Of a DNA stretch of 64,000 nt, positions 18,640-27,394 are shown piece by piece. The stretch spans positions 17,786-81,785 of the forward strand of contig CAYTGR010000013.1 of assembly GCA_964437445.1 (NCBI GenBank). Direction: 5' to 3'. This DNA comes from an uncultured Anaerolineales bacterium (GTDB taxonomy: Bacteria; Chloroflexota; Anaerolineae; B4-G1; SLSP01). The notes below the pieces were generated by a model. It saw only the letters and a list, made by a program, of their open reading frames with translations. It was not told the origin of the DNA and searched no databases. Position numbers and translations under genes: made by a program. The first letter of the stretch is position 1. Every line of letters begins with the position of its first letter.

Positions 18640-19800
18640 ATGGATATCAAAGGGGAACGCGGGCAAGCATTGTTTGTAGTATTGTTTGCCATGGTGGCCT
18701 TACTGGTCATTGTGGGCCTGGCGATTGATGGTGGGCAGTTATACAAGGCGCGGCGTGACGTTCAGACCGCGGCCGACGCCGCGGCCCTGGCCGGGACTCG
18801 CGAACTGTCCCAGGCTATCGTCACCTGTAGTGCCGGCGGCAGCGCCCAGGATCGCCTGGTCCGGGATGCGATTGTAGAGTATGCCGCGCTCAACGGCGTC
18901 ATTCACGACAATGTGAATGGCCGCATTTGGGCCTGGTACGTCGACAAAAATCAGGCTCGCTTGAGCAGCGTGGGGTTGGGAAGCGTGCCTAACGGGGCCA
19001 CCGGCGTGGAGGTTTCCATGGTTGTGACCCATCCGACGGCCTTCCTCCGGGTCGTGGGGCAGAATGATATTGTCGCCCCAGGCGAGGCGCTGGCGATGGC
19101 CGGGCGACTCACCCAGATGTCCGGGAATCTGATGCCGGTCGGCGTCCCGGACGAGGTGATTGGGCAGATCAATCCGAATGATACGCTCTGGATCTTTGAC
19201 GATGGGCGCTATTGCCGGGACAACGCGGGGAGCGAGTGTCTGGATACCGGAGACTCGGCGGCGTACCGTGGCTGGTTCAACTTTAACTACATCTACAACC
19301 TGGAGCACCTGCCTAAGGCGGATCCCCTATACCGGACGATTACCACCAGCCGCAGCAATGCTGATATCAAAAACTGGCTGCAAGGAATCGGGGTGCCGGT
19401 CATCCTCGCCGGCAACGTCGGCGCGACGAACGGTGATTACATCTACGGAGATACGGGTGAGCGCGCCGGCGCGATGGATGAGATTTACGATACCTATGAG
19501 GGAGAGACGATTTACTTCCCGGTCTATGATATGGTTTACTCGGGCGAGTACCTGGCCCAGTATCCCGGCATCTTCCAGGCCCCAGAAGGGGGATGGGCCA
19601 ATACCATCATCGGGAAAAAGAACGCCTTTATGTACCACATCGTCGGGTACGTGGCCGCCATTCCCACGGGGGTGTCTAAGGATAAGTTGCGCACCAGCTT
19701 TCAGACTTCCATTATTGGTGAGGGTCAGATTCAACCGGGTGACGGTCTGGGAACCTGTTCTAGTCGCATGTTGACCTATGCCGTGACCTTGTGGCGGTAG
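18640..19800 (+). CDS. TadG-like (Flp-pilus TadE/G-like N-terminal domain) protein with large C-terminal domain
   Basis: N-terminus GQALFVVLFAMVALLVIVGLAIDGGQLYKARRDVQTAADAAALAG is a pseudopilin-like hydrophobic segment plus Tad N-domain. TAGGAGGGG RBS. Confidence 0.6.
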   Translation: MDIKGERGQALFVVLFAMVALLVIVGLAIDGGQLYKARRDVQTAADAAALAGTRELSQAIVTCSAGGSAQDRLVRDAIVEYAALNGVIHDNVNGRIWAWYVDKNQARLSSVGLGSVPNGATGVEVSMVVTHPTAFLRVVGQNDIVAPGEALAMAGRLTQMSGNLMPVGVPDEVIGQINPNDTLWIFDDGRYCRDNAGSECLDTGDSAAYRGWFNFNYIYNLEHLPKADPLYRTITTSRSNADIKNWLQGIGVPVILAGNVGATNGDYIYGDTGERAGAMDEIYDTYEGETIYFPVYDMVYSGEYLAQYPGIFQAPEGGWANTIIGKKNAFMYHIVGYVAAIPTGVSKDKLRTSFQTSIIGEGQIQPGDGLGTCSSRMLTYAVTLWR

Positions 19801-19866
19801 GCCATTTCATCAAGGTCCTGAAGGGTTCTGATTTCAAAGTTAAGGATCAGCAGCAGGGGGTGGGGG

Positions 19867-21759
19867 ATGATAAAATCTGGCAGACACAACCGGGGGCAGG
19901 CACTGGTAGAATTTGCGTTGATACTGCCTCTTTTGCTGTTGATCATCTTTGGGATTATTGATTTTTCGCGCGCGTTTTTTGTCTACGTCAACCTGACCAA
20001 TGCCGCGCGCGAGGGCACCCGCTATGGACTGGTCAATCCGCGCGATTACACAGGGATTGATACTCACGCGCGCAGTACAGTTGACCTGGTGCCGGCTCCG
20101 TTGGTGACCGTCAATGTCTGGTATGATAAAGGTCCCGGCACGGCCACTTTTAGTAATCCCCAGTATGTGACCGTGGGGGATCGGGTCGTGGTGGAAATTG
20201 CTTACGATTTGGAGCCGGTGACACCGCTTATCCAACCCTTTGCCCCGGTTTTTCCGTTGCATACAGTGAATGCGCGCACCATTCAGACCTTGGGCACAGT
20301 CGTGAGCGACAATCCCAACCCGGCGCCGCCGAACGAGCCGCCTGGGGATGGAGCGACGCCGACCTCCACGCCCGGGGGTGGGCCAACCGCTACCGCCACG
20401 CCGGTTGCCCCGACGGCGACCGCGACGCCACGGCCGCCGACGGCCACGCCTACGCCGGTCCCCCTGCGCATTGTCCGGCCGCTGCTGCCGGGGAGTACCC
20501 AGGTGGGCGGGATTGGGCAGCCGGGGCAGATGGTGACGCTGCGCATTGTGCAAACCGGCTTCCAGCAGAGCGTGTTTGTAAATTCCAACGGACAGTTCTT
20601 GTTCACGGGCATTCCGCCTCTGGTGGCAGGGTACACCGTGATTGTGCAGGGCTATGGTCAACAGGACCTGGTTGTGGTGGAGACCGGAACGGCCACACCG
20701 ACGGCGACCCCGACTCCTCTCCCTTCTCCCACTCCCACCCCAAGCGGGGTGTTTATCGCCGTTACGCCCGGCTGTGCTCCGGTGGGCGCAACCCAAACGT
20801 TCCAGGTGACCGGATCTAACTGGCCGACCGGCAGCGCTCAAAAAAGGATCGCCATCTATTGGGATACGGTGGATAGTTCACCGGAAGCCCGGATCAGTGC
20901 CGCGGTGTCCTTCAATACCTCCATTCAGGTCAATGTGACGGCCGGCACGCATACCATCATAGCCCGGACGGAGGACAACCAGGGTAATTACACGGGAGGT
21001 GCTCAAGTCACTTTCCAGGTAACGGCTCCTTGCCCGGCCACCCCAACGCCAAGGCCCCAGGCGCGCCCCAACCTGATCATCAATGGGATGCTGTTGCGTG
21101 ATACGCCGCCGTTGGGCACCTACCAGAAGCTGCATCTGGAAGTGGGGATCTCTAACCAGGGGGCTCTCGACGCGGCCTCGCTGTTCTGGGTGGATTTGTT
21201 TGCTGATACACCTGCCGACCCCCTGGCTTTCAGCAGCGTGGATTATGTGGCAGTGGATGGCCTCCTGGCTGGCAGCACCCTTTCGTTTACCATGTATGTG
21301 CCCGACGGATTTGCTGCCACGGGGGTGCATACCCTGACGGCTATGGTGGACACCTGGGATCAGATCGCCGAGACCAGTGAACTGGATAACCTCAGCCGGG
21401 TTTACACGGTTACGATTGCGAGCGCTAACCCGACGCCCACGCCCACGCCGACGCCGGAGGTGACGCCGGGAGCCGGTGGCGCGATTGAGGGCACCACGTA
21501 CATGTACACCGACGGGTTGCGGCCGCAGAGCGGGGTCAGTGTCTACGTTTACGACGCGCAGGGTCGCCTTTATGGTTCTACCCGTTCGGATAACAACGGC
21601 GCGTATCATATCGGCGATTTGCCGCCCAACTCCACCGGCTATACCGTGCGCGCCGTCTTGCGGATTGGTGACCAGTTGTACGTGGATCAGGCCGTAGCGC
21701 CGGTCTATGCCGGGATGACTACCACCGGGGTTGACTTCACTTTTGTTCCTGCTAATTGA
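19867..21759 (+). CDS. TadE-like N-terminal domain fused to Pro/Thr linkers, Ig-like, CARDB-like and carboxypeptidase-regulatory-like domains (adhesin-like)
   Basis: N-terminus GQALVEFALILPLLLLIIFGIIDFSRAFFVYVNLTNAAREGTRYG is a TadE motif. Two PT-rich linkers. C-terminus SGVSVYVYDAQGRLYGSTRSDNNGAYHIGDL is a CarbopepD_reg-like beta-sandwich. Confidence 0.65.
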   Translation: MIKSGRHNRGQALVEFALILPLLLLIIFGIIDFSRAFFVYVNLTNAAREGTRYGLVNPRDYTGIDTHARSTVDLVPAPLVTVNVWYDKGPGTATFSNPQYVTVGDRVVVEIAYDLEPVTPLIQPFAPVFPLHTVNARTIQTLGTVVSDNPNPAPPNEPPGDGATPTSTPGGGPTATATPVAPTATATPRPPTATPTPVPLRIVRPLLPGSTQVGGIGQPGQMVTLRIVQTGFQQSVFVNSNGQFLFTGIPPLVAGYTVIVQGYGQQDLVVVETGTATPTATPTPLPSPTPTPSGVFIAVTPGCAPVGATQTFQVTGSNWPTGSAQKRIAIYWDTVDSSPEARISAAVSFNTSIQVNVTAGTHTIIARTEDNQGNYTGGAQVTFQVTAPCPATPTPRPQARPNLIINGMLLRDTPPLGTYQKLHLEVGISNQGALDAASLFWVDLFADTPADPLAFSSVDYVAVDGLLAGSTLSFTMYVPDGFAATGVHTLTAMVDTWDQIAETSELDNLSRVYTVTIASANPTPTPTPTPEVTPGAGGAIEGTTYMYTDGLRPQSGVSVYVYDAQGRLYGSTRSDNNGAYHIGDLPPNSTGYTVRAVLRIGDQLYVDQAVAPVYAGMTTTGVDFTFVPAN

Positions 21760-21774
21760 TCTGTAGAGGATGAG

Positions 21775-23034
21775 ATGCGACCACGTTATTGGGGTCTGGT
21801 TATCGGAATGGTGTTAGCTTTGGTGCCGGTCATCGTTGGGGCGGCGGCCTTAGCCGAATGGGTGGGGGCCGATCCGGCGTTCCAGCTGGTTGCCAACGGC
21901 GATGGACAACATGCCGACCTGGCGATCAGAACCGGGCAGACGGCAGTAGTCTGGGCCGGCCGCAGTACGCCGGGCATTTACCTGGGCACTGCGGGCGGGA
22001 GCAGCTGGACGACAACCACTCTGACGACGGCTGCCGAGGTCCATCATCCGGTCGTTGTTTATTCGGGTACCCGCTGGATTGCTGTGTGGGCGCAGGGCAT
22101 TCTTTCAGATGTGACGATTATGAGCCAGGATCAGGACGGCCTGGCGCAAGCTGTGGTTACGCATATGTTCGGTGAGGCCTTCCCGCAGCTCAAAAGTGGC
22201 CCTACCGGACAATATCTAACCTTTGCTGCCAGCACTTCTTACGCCGAACGCACGTTGACCGATCTCTATCTCAGCCACCGACCGCTGACGGCTACGGCCT
22301 GGGCTACCGCCATTGTAGTGACTCGTACGCAGGTGATCCCCGGTCAGACCGGCGGGGGCGTATGGAACCCCCGCCTGGCACTCAGCCCGGATGGACTGAC
22401 TCTGCACCTGGTCTGGCAGCAGACAGTGGGCATCACCCGCACGGTCTGGTATCTCTCCGGTACCTGGACTCCAGGCGGTGTCATGTGGGGATCGCCGCAA
22501 CAGGTCTCGCCACCCGATCAGAGTGTAGCGGTGTTGCCGGATGTGGCCGCGACGGCGGACCAGGTGTATGTCACCTGGACTGAAGTGGCGGGGGGGGTGG
22601 CCTATTCCAATACCCAGTATATCAACCTGTGGCAGCTGGGAAAGCCGGCTGTCCGGGTCTCCCCTGATTTCTATGTCAACAACGTCCAACCTACCTGGGC
22701 AGCCTCAACGCTGGATGCGCAGGGGCAGCAGGTCTGCTTCACCTGGCACGCTAATGCCCCTGGCCTTCCCTCCGGGGAGGGAAAAGAGGAAGTCTGGCTG
22801 CGGTGTTCCAAAGATGGCGGAGCGACCTGGATGGAGATGGTAAATGTCTCCGAGAGCCCGGCCACTTATTCTTTGAATCCCAGAGTGGAGCTGGACGCCA
22901 GCGGGCGGGTAGCGCTGGTCTGGACCGAAGTGGCCATGGATCAGGAACAGCGGAAATTTTATGATGTTTATTACCGCAGCGGCCCGGCACAAATGTTGCA
23001 TGTCTACTTGCCCCTGGTATTGCGGAGATCTTGA
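21775..23034 (+). CDS. Secreted BNR-repeat (sialidase-like beta-propeller) protein ending in the LPLV tail
   Basis: N-terminal signal/anchor. One canonical BNR motif SKDGGATW plus degenerate copies. C-terminus ...HVYLPLVLRRS. Confidence 0.5.
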   Translation: MRPRYWGLVIGMVLALVPVIVGAAALAEWVGADPAFQLVANGDGQHADLAIRTGQTAVVWAGRSTPGIYLGTAGGSSWTTTTLTTAAEVHHPVVVYSGTRWIAVWAQGILSDVTIMSQDQDGLAQAVVTHMFGEAFPQLKSGPTGQYLTFAASTSYAERTLTDLYLSHRPLTATAWATAIVVTRTQVIPGQTGGGVWNPRLALSPDGLTLHLVWQQTVGITRTVWYLSGTWTPGGVMWGSPQQVSPPDQSVAVLPDVAATADQVYVTWTEVAGGVAYSNTQYINLWQLGKPAVRVSPDFYVNNVQPTWAASTLDAQGQQVCFTWHANAPGLPSGEGKEEVWLRCSKDGGATWMEMVNVSESPATYSLNPRVELDASGRVALVWTEVAMDQEQRKFYDVYYRSGPAQMLHVYLPLVLRRS

Positions 23035-23642
23035 CCATGCGCGCTATAAAGGGGTTGGCTTTATTGCTGGGGGGGCTGGTGGTCCTGCTGGTTCTGCTGG
23101 TCGCAGGCTGGCAGGGCCGGCGCTGGTTGACCACGGCGTTCCCGGAGCCTACCCTGGCCTGGAGCGGGCTAAGCGCTCCCGTGGCGTTGTCGGATGCCGC
23201 CGGGCGTAGCGCGGAGCGGGCGACGGCCTGGGCCGCGGATGCTGTTCTGGTGGAGGTAGAGGGGGCCTGGCGTCCGGCCCCGGACTGGATCCAGGTGGAG
23301 ACGCCGCCGCTGGCCTGGACGTTTTATTACTACTCTGCCATCCAGCGGTCAGTCGCGGCGGTGACGGTACAGGGAGATTCTCTGCTCTGGTCTCCCCCTC
23401 TGGAAGTCACAGTCGCGCCGGAGGTGTTGTCCACCTTCCCGCCCGTGTACGGCGCTAACGTGGCCTGGCTCTCTCTGCGGGCCGCCGGTGGCGATCAACT
23501 GTTGCAGGAAGATGGCGAAACTACCGTGCGGCTGACGTTGCATCAGGTTGAGGGCACACCCCTCTGGGAAGCTGTAGCATTTCGGGAGGGACAATTTTTG
23601 CAGGTACGATTAGATGCTCAGACCGGCCAGGTTGTCCCCTAA
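23031..23642 (+). CDS. Membrane-anchored hypothetical protein (type II topology), translationally coupled (ATGA) to the BNR gene
   Basis: N-terminal TM LALLLGGLVVLLVLLVAGW. Remainder extracytoplasmic with no known motif. Confidence 0.45.
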   Translation: MTMRAIKGLALLLGGLVVLLVLLVAGWQGRRWLTTAFPEPTLAWSGLSAPVALSDAAGRSAERATAWAADAVLVEVEGAWRPAPDWIQVETPPLAWTFYYYSAIQRSVAAVTVQGDSLLWSPPLEVTVAPEVLSTFPPVYGANVAWLSLRAAGGDQLLQEDGETTVRLTLHQVEGTPLWEAVAFREGQFLQVRLDAQTGQVVP

Positions 23643-23745
23643 GGGCGGCGCGTAGTTACGCCAATCCTGAGCTATGCTCAGGCCAGGCCTTGCTGACACG
23701 GCCAGCGGGTGGCCTCAAGGCCGTTCAGAGCTGACTTTTTAGGAG

Positions 23746-23795
23746 GTTCTTCGCGGGCGGGCCTTGTCTGCCGGCGAAGAACTTCTGTTTTTATC
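23746..23795 (+). terminator. Rho-independent terminator closing the TadG/TadE/BNR operon
   Basis: 9-bp stem GTTCTTCGC/GCGAAGAAC with a 19-nt GC-rich loop, followed by TTCTGTTTTTAT. Confidence 0.65.
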
Positions 23796-23879
23796 CCTCG
23801 TGCTTCTACCACCGGTCGCTTCGCTGAAAGCGCAGTAGTTGAAACCACCAACCCGGGTGGTTACATCCCGGGTTAATGA

Positions 23880-23997
23880 TGAGGACACAGCAACGAATTC
23901 TCATGGTTATCTCATGTTATTAACGTAAGAAAATGGTATTATTTAGGTAAGATATAACCTACCGGAAATTTGAAGCTTAGCAATCAGGAGGCGTGAA
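23880..23997 (+). promoter_or_regulatory. AT-rich promoter region upstream of the small TadE-like gene
   Basis: Local AT island (for example ..ATGGTATTATTTAGGTAAGATATAACC..) in a 65% GC background. AGGAGG RBS before the ATG at 23998. Confidence 0.35.
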
Positions 23998-24417
23998 ATG
24001 TTTAAAATTGCCCAGCGCCGTGAACAGGGACAGAGTCTGGTGGAATTTGCACTTTTGTTGCCGTTGTTGCTGATTTTGTTGTTGGGAGTGCTTGACCTGG
24101 GGCGTGTTTTTTACGTTTTGGTAGCCTTGAAAGACGCTGCCGACGAAGGAGCTACCTACGCTGCCATCCGACCATCGGATACCCAGGGAATTCAATTGCG
24201 AACTGCGGATGCTTCTGGCTCATTAGTGACCATTGATCCGGCCCAGGTGACGGTGGTGCGGCCGGCGACGGTAGTCCCCGGTGCTCCGATCACGGTGACG
24301 GTTGAGCACTCTTTTGAATTCTTCAACCCCTTCATTGCCCCGGTGCTTACCAGCGCTGCGAACAACAGTATGGTCCTGCATACCAATTCCACTCATCCCA
24401 TTATTTCAGTGCGGTGA
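23998..24417 (+). CDS. TadE-like protein (minor pseudopilin-like), stand-alone
   Basis: N-terminus GQSLVEFALLLPLLLILLLGVLDLGRVFYVLVALKDAADEGATYA is a TadE family signature. 139 aa. Confidence 0.7.
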   Translation: MFKIAQRREQGQSLVEFALLLPLLLILLLGVLDLGRVFYVLVALKDAADEGATYAAIRPSDTQGIQLRTADASGSLVTIDPAQVTVVRPATVVPGAPITVTVEHSFEFFNPFIAPVLTSAANNSMVLHTNSTHPIISVR

Positions 24418-24541
24418 GTGCGCGCGTTGAGGTGGGGGCAGGGCTGGCGAAGGGGGCGGATGGATGATCACCCATGAGGGTAGGAATTAGGATTTGCGCT
24501 GTCTAGGGATAATTTAAGACAAGACTGTTGAGAATGAAAAT

Positions 24542-24573
24542 CTGCCGCCGGGGGTAAATTATCCCCCGGCGGC
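24542..24573 (+). terminator. Strong hairpin (12/13-bp stem CTGCCGCCGGGGG..CCCCCGGCGGCA), probable terminator or attenuator with a weak U tract
   Basis: Inverted repeat read directly. Followed by ATGTTGCTGGTTGG. Confidence 0.4.
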
Positions 24574-24743
24574 AATGTTGCTGGTTGGCGGGCGATCCCG
24601 GCGCTGGCGCCGGTCCGGTGGCGGGTGCAACCGCCTGGACCCGATGGCGTGGCTCAAGAAAAACCGCCCCCAGCACGTAATGGCTCCGTTATCGCCTCCA
24701 CGGGGAGTTTATCTTACGCAAAACATACCTGTATCCACATTTG

Positions 24744-24752
24744 TGTTATAAT
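24744..24752 (+). promoter_or_regulatory. Extended -10 promoter element TGtTATAAT upstream of the PHP/PKD gene
   Basis: TGTTATAAT lies 70 nt upstream of the ATG at 24824. No good -35, which extended -10 promoters tolerate. Confidence 0.4.
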
Positions 24753-24823
24753 GTGCCCCTGTTTTGCTGTTGCCGGCGCTCTCAACCGTATGATTTTTGC
24801 AGACTCTGTTCAGGAGGCTTAAC

Positions 24824-27286
24824 ATGCACTTGCACCGTTCCCGCATCGTGTGCGCCCTGGTGGGGCTGGCGCTCCTCGGCGCGTTCTGGCTGTCCGGCGT
24901 CCGGCCGGGCTCCGGGCCGGTCCAGATCGCTCGCGCTCAGACCACCGGCGTCACGCCCACCGGCCTCCAGGACTATGAGCGCTGGGTGGGCTCGCTGCAT
25001 TCCCACGTCGGCATGGACGGTGACGATGGCGCGAATGGCTCCACCGCCGCGCAGGCCTTCGCCTACGCCCGCAACCTGCCCCATCTCCAGTATTTCGCCG
25101 TCAGCCCCCACCTGCACGCTTCCCGCAGCGGCGACGCCACCCTCTGGTATGAAAACACCTACGATACCCTCCGGGCGCAGGCGGCCGGCGCTACTACCGC
25201 CGACTTTGTGGCCGTGGCCGGGGTGGAGGTCGGTACAATCTCCAAAGGCGGCCACTGGAATCTCTTCAATGCCCAGGACCTGGTGGGACAGGATCATCCC
25301 GACGGTGACTGGAACGACGCCGATGACTACTACGATCATCTTGCCGGGCTGGGGGCTGCCAGGGAGCTGGTCGCGGCGCAATTCAACCATCCCAACACCA
25401 CTGACTTTGGCAACCGCTACGACGCCAATGCCGCGCCCTACGTTGGCACGCTCGCCGTCTCCAGCGGGCCGGCCTTCTCTGCTGCTACCGATTTCGGCGA
25501 CAGTGGCAGCAATTACGAATCGGTCTGGGCGCATTTCCTGAGTCTGGGCTGGAAACTGGCCCCGGCGGCCGATCAGGACAATCACAACGCCACATGGGGC
25601 GCCTCGTCCAGTGAGTACACCGTCATCGTGCGGCCCAAAGGGACGGCGTTGACGCCGGCCAACGTCGTGCAGGGGCTGCGGGAGCACATGACCTACGCCA
25701 CCGAGGATGCCAACCTGCAATTAGGCTTCATCGCCAACGGTTGGAGCATGGGGCAGACGATCGGCGGCAGCCCAAACGTGGCCTTCGTCGTCTGGTGGAA
25801 CAATCCCTCGGCTACGATTTACAATCTCAACAACAATACGGCCCGCGCTGAGGCCGCCAGTGACGCCATTCAGAATATCTGGCTCTACAAAAACGGCTTT
25901 AGCACGCCGGTAGCGAGCTACCAGCCGCGGACGGTAAGCGGGGCGTGGGCAGTTACCGTCACCGCCACGGCGGGGGACTGGTTCGTGGTCAAATTCCAGG
26001 ACAGCAGTACATTAGCGACCACTGGCCGGACAACCGACCTGGCCTGGTCGGCCCCGGTCTGGTACGATCCGGCGCACGCCGACGTACCGCTGACCGTCAA
26101 CGGGGCTGCCCCCGTGCCGGTGGCCGGGGTCGCCCTGAGCGGGCCGCTCAGCGGGACCGTGGGGGCGACTTCAGCCTTTACCGCCACAGTTACGCCGTTC
26201 TCGGCAACGTTGCCCATCACTTACGTCTGGGAGGCAGTTGGACAGGCTCCGCTCACCCACACCGGCGGCTTGAGCGATACGGCAATGTTGGCCTGGGGTA
26301 TGCCGGGGACCTACCCGGTGACGGTCACCGCGCGCAACGCGGCCGCCAGCGTCCAGGCCAGCCAGATTATGGTGGTCGTAGCACCTCCGGCCTCCACCGC
26401 CGTCGCTGTTGAGGGTGTCGCTCTGAGCGGGCCGCTCAGCGGGACCGTGGGGGCGACTTCAGCCTTTACCGCCACAGTTACGCCGTTCTCGGCAACGTTG
26501 CCCATCACTTACGTCTGGGAGGCAGTTGGACAGGCTCCGCTCACCCACACCGGCGGCTTGAGCGATACGGCAATGTTGGCCTGGGGTATGCCGGGGACCT
26601 ACCCGGTGACGGTCACCGCGCGCAACGCGGCCGCCAGCGTCCAGGCCAGCCAGATTATGGTGGTCGTAGCACCTCCGGCCTCCACCGCCGTCGCTGTTGA
26701 GGGTGTTGCCCTGAGCGGGCCGCTCAGCGGGACCGTGGGAAGCATGGCGACCTTCACGGCCACGGTCACGCCGCTTTCAGCGACGTTGCCTATCACCTAT
26801 GTCTGGGCGGTGACCGGGCAGCCGCCAATCACCTGCACCAACGAGGGGTTGACCAGCACCGTCACGTTCCCCTGGCTGCTGGCCAGGACCCAGGAGGTCA
26901 CCGTGACCGCGGTCAATATCCAGGGGAGCGCTACCGCGACACAACCGGTTTCAGTGACGGAGCCGGTGGCCGGGGTGGCCGTAGCCGGGATGTGGCTCAG
27001 CGGTCCCGGCCAGGTGCTGGTCGGAACCGGGGCCACGTTCACTGCCACGGTCACGCCGCCCGACGCAACCGTGCCGCTCACGTACACCTGGCAGGCCACC
27101 GGGCAACTGCCGGTCACGCACACGCACGCGCAACTGAGTGACACCGTCGCCTGGACGTGGGACACCCCTGGTATCCAGACGTTCACCGTGACCGTCCAGA
27201 ATATCGGCGGGCCGGTGGTCCAGGTCGCCGCCGTGACCGTGACCGCGCACACGCTCTATGTGCCGCTGGTCCTGGCGCAGTGGTAG
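24824..27286 (+). CDS. Secreted PHP-domain (CehA/McbA-like metallo-phosphoesterase) protein with four PKD/Ig-like repeats and the LPLV tail
   Basis: Signal peptide. PHP motifs LHSHVGMDGDDG and PHLHAS. Four ~96-aa repeats (..SGPLSGTVGATSAFTATVTP..PITYVW..). C-terminus ...HTLYVPLVLAQW. Start at 24824 (AGGAGG RBS). Confidence 0.65.
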   Translation: MHLHRSRIVCALVGLALLGAFWLSGVRPGSGPVQIARAQTTGVTPTGLQDYERWVGSLHSHVGMDGDDGANGSTAAQAFAYARNLPHLQYFAVSPHLHASRSGDATLWYENTYDTLRAQAAGATTADFVAVAGVEVGTISKGGHWNLFNAQDLVGQDHPDGDWNDADDYYDHLAGLGAARELVAAQFNHPNTTDFGNRYDANAAPYVGTLAVSSGPAFSAATDFGDSGSNYESVWAHFLSLGWKLAPAADQDNHNATWGASSSEYTVIVRPKGTALTPANVVQGLREHMTYATEDANLQLGFIANGWSMGQTIGGSPNVAFVVWWNNPSATIYNLNNNTARAEAASDAIQNIWLYKNGFSTPVASYQPRTVSGAWAVTVTATAGDWFVVKFQDSSTLATTGRTTDLAWSAPVWYDPAHADVPLTVNGAAPVPVAGVALSGPLSGTVGATSAFTATVTPFSATLPITYVWEAVGQAPLTHTGGLSDTAMLAWGMPGTYPVTVTARNAAASVQASQIMVVVAPPASTAVAVEGVALSGPLSGTVGATSAFTATVTPFSATLPITYVWEAVGQAPLTHTGGLSDTAMLAWGMPGTYPVTVTARNAAASVQASQIMVVVAPPASTAVAVEGVALSGPLSGTVGSMATFTATVTPLSATLPITYVWAVTGQPPITCTNEGLTSTVTFPWLLARTQEVTVTAVNIQGSATATQPVSVTEPVAGVAVAGMWLSGPGQVLVGTGATFTATVTPPDATVPLTYTWQATGQLPVTHTHAQLSDTVAWTWDTPGIQTFTVTVQNIGGPVVQVAAVTVTAHTLYVPLVLAQW
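26129..26704 (+). repeat. Two perfect 288-bp tandem copies encoding PKD-like repeats 1 and 2, with more diverged copies downstream
   Basis: The 288-nt block from 26129 is repeated base-for-base from 26417. A third copy from about 26705 and a fourth near 27000 are diverged. In frame (96 aa). Confidence 0.85.
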
Positions 27287-27394
27287 CAGGATACAAAAGT
27301 CCAGCCGCATCATGATGCTGGCGTCGCCGGTGAGCTGGCGGCGCCAGCGTTCAAGGGATTGGCTCTCACCGGGTCTCCCCCGCAGGGGGCCGTT

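Noticed and set aside
20380-20470. Low-complexity (ACN/CCN)n DNA repeats. Similar stretches at 20700..20750, 21420..21460, 55440..55500 and 60520..60660.
   Set aside because: They encode Pro/Thr/Ala-rich interdomain linkers of secreted proteins and are not independent repeat elements.
25918-26796. Three small minus-strand ORFs (25918..26220, 26311..26508, 26599..26796) with near-identical products.
   Set aside because: They are antisense reflections of the tandem PKD-repeat duplication on the coding strand.
26129-27060. CRISPR-like regular repeats.
   Set aside because: The unit is 288 bp, in frame and encodes PKD-like domains. There is no short repeat/spacer architecture and no cas genes.
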